From positions 1-24,496 of the forward strand of contig NW_021836381.1 of the NCBI RefSeq assembly GCF_006345805.1: a stretch of 24,496 bases of DNA. The letters run 5' to 3'. Shown piece after piece: positions 20,761-24,496 of this stretch (positions are counted from its first letter, which is position 1; each line of letters starts with the position of its first letter). Below the pieces are notes generated by a model. That model was not told the origin of the DNA. It saw nothing but the letters and a program-made list of their open reading frames with translations, and did not search any database. This stretch comes from Octopus sinensis (Eukaryota). The position numbers and the translations under genes are program-made.

Positions 20761-21622
20761 AAGGTGCGGTGAATAAACTGTCGTCTAAATTACACAAAAA
20801 TGAAAATAGCACTGACATCTCATTTTAAAAGATATATTTATCAAATTGCATAAGGATATGTTGAAATACTAAAGAATAAATTTATTGAATAAAATCGCCG
20901 TTGGCTTCAATCACGGCCTCCAGACGACTTCGGAATCTCTCTGCAATTCTTCTGGGCGGTCTCCTTGTGTAAGTTGGTGAATGCTACCGTAATCCTTATC
21001 TTCAAATCATCTTTGGTATCACAAGGAATTTTGTTGATCTCTCGTTCAACTGAAACCCACACATAATAGTGAAGGGGGTTGTAAGTCTGGGGTAGTTAAG
21101 TGGCCTAATGTTGGCGGAGATGTGGTCGCAGAAGTTGTCTGACAGCCATGAATGGGTTCTCCTGCTTATGTGGCATGGTGTAGAGTCCTGTTGTCAGATG
21201 TAGGGTCTTCCAATATCGCCCGCTTCACCAAGGACAGCACAACCTTCTCCAGGTACTTGGTGTGTTGATTCTGAGGCCTTGTGGGAAGATGAATGGAGGC
21301 ATAGCATCGCCATCCCTAGTGATCGCTCCAAAGACCATGATGTTGACTGGATGTTTGATTTTTATCACTCTCAGTACATGTCTTCAGATTGCACTGTCCT
21401 CAAATTTACACCCAAATAGTCTGAAATGTTCACATTGGAGGTTCCGGAGCAAATTCCACGCAGTATAGTATGTCGTTTCCACAATTTGTGTCATGGTGCT
21501 AAATTTCTCACAGACAGTACCCGACTGATCCTACTATATTGTGTAGTTGACAAAATATAAAAAAAAAACCACGTGCGTGATATTAAAAATATAAAATGGT
21601 GCCAGTTTACCCTCACACCCTG
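20761..21622 (-). mobile_element. Tc1/mariner transposon of maT (DD37D-spaced) type, internally deleted and degraded
   Basis: Right terminus TA|CAGGGTGTGAGGGTAAACTG; degenerate left TIR aaggtgcggtgaataaactg at 20761; ATG at 21494. Catalytic region KHPVNIMVFGAITRDGDAMPPFIF...QQDSTPCH...N(Y)PD.NPL(H)YYVW has 37 residues between the second D and the third (D->H) position after frameshift correction; C-terminus RSRLEAVIEANGDFIQ*. Confidence 0.85.
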
Positions 21623-21749
21623 TATATTGTTATCGGTTTTTACATTTTACACGCTTTTGTTAATGTAAGCGCACATTGCTTTGTTTTTTAATCCTTTGTG
21701 GTAAATAAAGACATTAATATTATCATCAATATTACCCTCTATATATACA

Positions 21750-21988
21750 TATTTCTGTACTACCCACAAGGGGCTGAATACAGAGAGGACAAACAAGGAC
21801 AGACAAATGGATTAAGTCGATTACATCGACCCCAGTGCGTAACTGGTACTTAATTTATCGACCCCGAAAGGATGAAAGGCAAAGTCGACCTCGGCGGAAT
21901 TTGAATTCAGAACGTAACGGCAGACGAAATACGGCTACGCATTTCGCCCGGCGTGCTCACGTTTCTGCCAGCTTGCCGTCTTAATATA
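21750..21988 (-). mobile_element. Full-length tRNA-derived SINE with a 17-bp target-site duplication
   Basis: Roughly 90% identical to 23380-23611 in inverse orientation; flanked by TACCCTCTATATATACA (21733-21749) and TACCCTCTATACATACA (21989-22005). Confidence 0.92.
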
Positions 21989-22013
21989 TACCCTCTATAC
22001 ATACAATCTTCAG

Positions 22014-22095
22014 AACAGAGAAGTTAGATCACAACATCATATCTCTGAAGATTTCTTAAAGAATGAGCCCAAAGACCAAAATATCGAAATACAAG
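22014..22095 (+). CDS. Candidate 82-nt exon (unidentified)
   Basis: aatcttcag|AAC...CAAG|gtaaac; open frame NREVRSQHHISEDFLKNEPKDQNIEIQ. Splice-like signals only; no homology recognised. Confidence 0.2.
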
Positions 22096-22175
22096 GTAAA
22101 CGTACAATTAACTTATATTATCTCGTACTGTTTTGTCTTAAAACAAAAATCTACAAACATTTATTAGTGCTGTAG

Positions 22176-22291
22176 TTTCTCTTGTTCTTGTTTGAGTTGT
22201 ATATTCTTTGCTGCAGCCGCATGTGGAGCGAGATGGGGAGTTACCAACCTTTGTAGAACGAATTTAAGATAAGAGATTGGAAACAGCAATT
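22176..22291 (+). repeat. 116-bp dispersed direct repeat (copy 2 of 17459-17575)
   Basis: See copy 1. Confidence 0.9.
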
Positions 22292-22508
22292 GAAGGTGAG
22301 ATGGTTGAAGAATCATTGCATATGCTGAGCATTGATTAAATCCTCATTAAGTATAGTACGGGCACCAAATGCAAATAAAGAATGAAAGGCCATAAAGCTT
22401 GGATGTTAGGTTTCAAGTTATCAATTTCCATTACGTAAACGTTCTACTGGATATTGAATTAGTAAATATGAATATTTATCATGTGTATTTTTGAATGTTG
22501 TACTTTAC

Positions 22509-22628
22509 TTTGCAGAAGCGAATTCAACCTGAGATGCTTTCAGCCTCATCATATACTCTGGTTCAAGTGGATCGAACATGTCGCATGTTAGGTCGGAGAA
22601 TACCTTTTTGAAGAATCTTGGTAACGAC
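22509..22628 (-). CDS. Candidate 120-nt internal exon (phase 2-2), unidentified protein
   Basis: Minus strand: branch-like cctaac, acceptor gtttag|G, donor GCAAA|GTAAAG; open frame SLPRFFKKVFSDLTCDMFDPLEPEYMMRLKASQVEFASA(K); complex non-repetitive sequence. Confidence 0.4.
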
Positions 22629-22748
22629 CTAAACGTTAGGACAAATACGATAACAATACAGAAGTACGTACGAATATATATATGTATATATATATATATG
22701 TATGAATGTATGTATAGATGTAAGTATGTACATATATGTATGTATATA

Positions 22749-22780
<32 letters not shown>

Positions 22781-22985
22781 CTTTATTTAAAAGCAGCAGA
22801 AATTCAACAAAACCTGTTTCTCTGAGTTTCACGTTCTCGTTCGCCGGACAGTTTTTGTTAACAAAACTCAGAGTAACAGGTTTTGCTGAATTTCTGCTGC
22901 TTTTAAATAAAGCATATTACTCTAATCCTGGTATTTGAGTACTCTTTTTTCCACCTTGTTTCACATTTATGTGTTTACTTACTCC

Positions 22986-22986
<1 letters not shown>
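22781..22986. mobile_element. Fold-back PLE pseudo-LTR-like fragment (49-bp inverted arms) between (TA)n tracts
   Basis: 22781-22829 pairs with 22864-22912 (2 mismatches); hammerhead-like motif on the minus strand at 22814-22851; (TA)n on both sides. Confidence 0.7.
22814..22851 (-). ncRNA. Minimal hammerhead-like motif with CCG core, degenerate
   Basis: Minus strand: CTGT / CCGGCGA / ACG-AGAA-CGT / GAAA / CTC-A-GAG-A / A / ACAG. The plus-strand arm keeps the expected GAGT-A-ACAG. Confidence 0.5.
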
Positions 22987-23075
<89 letters not shown>

Positions 23076-23379
23076 ATAATATTAATACGGTAGCTTTTTG
23101 TTTTTGTACGTACCTGTGGTGTGTGTCACACTACATTGAAGTGGCAAAGCGAGAGAGAGGAGGGCAGAGAGGAAGTAAAAGAGAAAGAGAGAGTGGAAAA
23201 GACAGTGAGTGGTGACGGCGTTCATCGCGAGAGAAGTAGATATATAGATACATATACACATTGTTAAATCAAAAGCGGGAGAGAAGACGGACACAAAGGA
23301 AGTGAATGAGAAAGAGAGAATGAGAGAATGAGAGAGACAGTAAATACTTAAATCAGTCGATAGTTACACACAGCAAAAA

Positions 23380-23611
23380 AGCGGCGAGCTGGCAGAAACG
23401 TTAGCACGCCGGGCGAAATGCGTAGCCGTATTTAGTCTGCCGTTACGTTCGGAGTTCAAATTCCGCCGGGTTCGACTTTGCCTTTCATCCTTTCGGGGAT
23501 CGATAAATTAAGTACCAGTCACGCACTGAGGTCGCTGTAATCGACTTAATCCCTTCGTCTGTCCTTGTTTGTCCCCTCTATGTTTAGCCCCTTGTGGGCA
23601 ATAAAGAAATA
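23380..23611 (+). mobile_element. Full-length tRNA-derived SINE
   Basis: gcggcgagctggcagaaacgttagcacgccgggcg...GAGTTCAAATTCC...ccccttgtgggcaataaagaaat; inverse match to 21750-21988. Confidence 0.92.
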
Positions 23612-23822
23612 ACTTATACACAGCTGATATTGGATGTCAATTTCACTTTTGAAGCCAAGAGATGTGAAAACGTCGTTGTGGACTATCTGACACTTACTGT
23701 CTCTCTGTCTGCTTATCTCTATCTGAGTATGTGTTTCTGTCCGTGTGTGCATATATGCGTATGCTTGTATGTATATGATTTTGCGCTGGATCTCTCTCGG
23801 CATACCAGCAAATCCACTACCT

Positions 23823-24085
23823 CCAAGCCCATCATATATGTATGTATATATGTATTATGTATGTAGGTATGCGTGTCTGTGTTTGTCCCACCGCCACTAC
23901 CATTACTTCACACCGATGTTGGTGCTTTTGTGTCTCTGTAATGTAGCTGTTCAGCAGAAGAGACTAATAGAGTAAGCACCAGACTCACAGGGAATAAGTC
24001 CAGGGGTCAATTTCTTCGACTAAAGGGTGGTGCTCTAGCATGGCCACCGTCAAATGACTGAAACAAGTAAAGGAATAAAAGAATA
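23823..24085 (+). mobile_element. SINE 3' half (family of 18939-19374), diverged
   Basis: gtttgtccc...ccgatgttggt...aataagtccaggggtcaatttcttcgactaaagggtggtgctctagcatggccaccgtcaaatgactgaaacaagtaaaggaataaaagaata matches 19175-19365. Confidence 0.85.
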
Positions 24086-24201
24086 CCAGAAAAACGTTCC
24101 GTACCACTAAACCAAGAAGGTTCTTTGGAATATGTATGATGTATTCTAAGGTTAAATAGTAATTCCATTTATGTTTGTGTAACTGAGATATTTTGGTTGG
24201 A

Positions 24202-24392
24202 TTATATATGGAATTCTTGAGACTCTTTTCTCAGAACCACTACCAAGGGTTCAACCATCGGTTCAAATCTTGCACCGGTACCTTGCAAGTGAGATGCTGT
24301 ACAAACAGTTGTGATGCATTGTAGGCGCTGACGCGTCTCTTCAGGTACCTTTTCAAAAAGTACCTCGTTTTTAATTGCCATTTCGTTTATTT
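24202..24392 (-). CDS. Candidate coding exon (unidentified protein)
   Basis: Acceptor-like ttttttatag|AA at 24393/24392; open frame (E)INEMAIKNEVLFEKVPEETRQRLQCITTVCTASHLQGTGARFEPMVEPLVVVLRKESQEFHI* to TAA at 24202-24204; internal donor-like CAAG|GTACC at 24282 would give a 111-nt phase 1-1 exon. Absent from the ORF track (59 aa from ATG). Confidence 0.35.
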
Positions 24393-24496
24393 CTATAAAA
24401 AATTAATTAATGGTTATCGTTGCGTATTAAGTGTCTCCGTAAGGAACGAAGATATGATCTGAGATATTTTATCTTTTGCCGAACCACTAAGTTACG

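Noticed and set aside
22335-22400. GPCR TM6-like peptide FFICIWCPYY on the minus strand
   Set aside because: Short frame closed by stops, with spacing unlike CWxP and no other TM segments.

Overview
AT-rich (low GC), microsatellite-saturated eukaryotic DNA. It is most likely from a coleoid cephalopod (octopus-like); this is inferred from recalled SINE and transposon families and the repeat texture, not from a search. No complete host gene can be identified. The window is dominated by mobile elements: (i) a ~4.2-kb minus-strand Penelope-like retroelement (RT plus C-terminal GIY-YIG endonuclease with a Cys linker, Neptune-like) sitting in a (TA)n tract and broken mainly by 1-bp homopolymer frameshifts; (ii) several short PLE pseudo-LTR-like fragments, also embedded in (TA)n, carrying hammerhead-ribozyme-like motifs with mostly non-canonical cores; (iii) RTE-clade and Tx1/L1-clade LINE RT remnants; (iv) Tc1 and maT (DD37D-spaced) DNA-transposon remnants; (v) at least seven tRNA-derived SINE copies, including two inverted pairs. 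Three independent fold-back (inverted) duplications are centred on (AT)n tracts and share one architecture. A few spliceable, unidentifiable candidate exons are listed at low confidence. Most ORFs in the supplied track are microsatellite or antisense artefacts.
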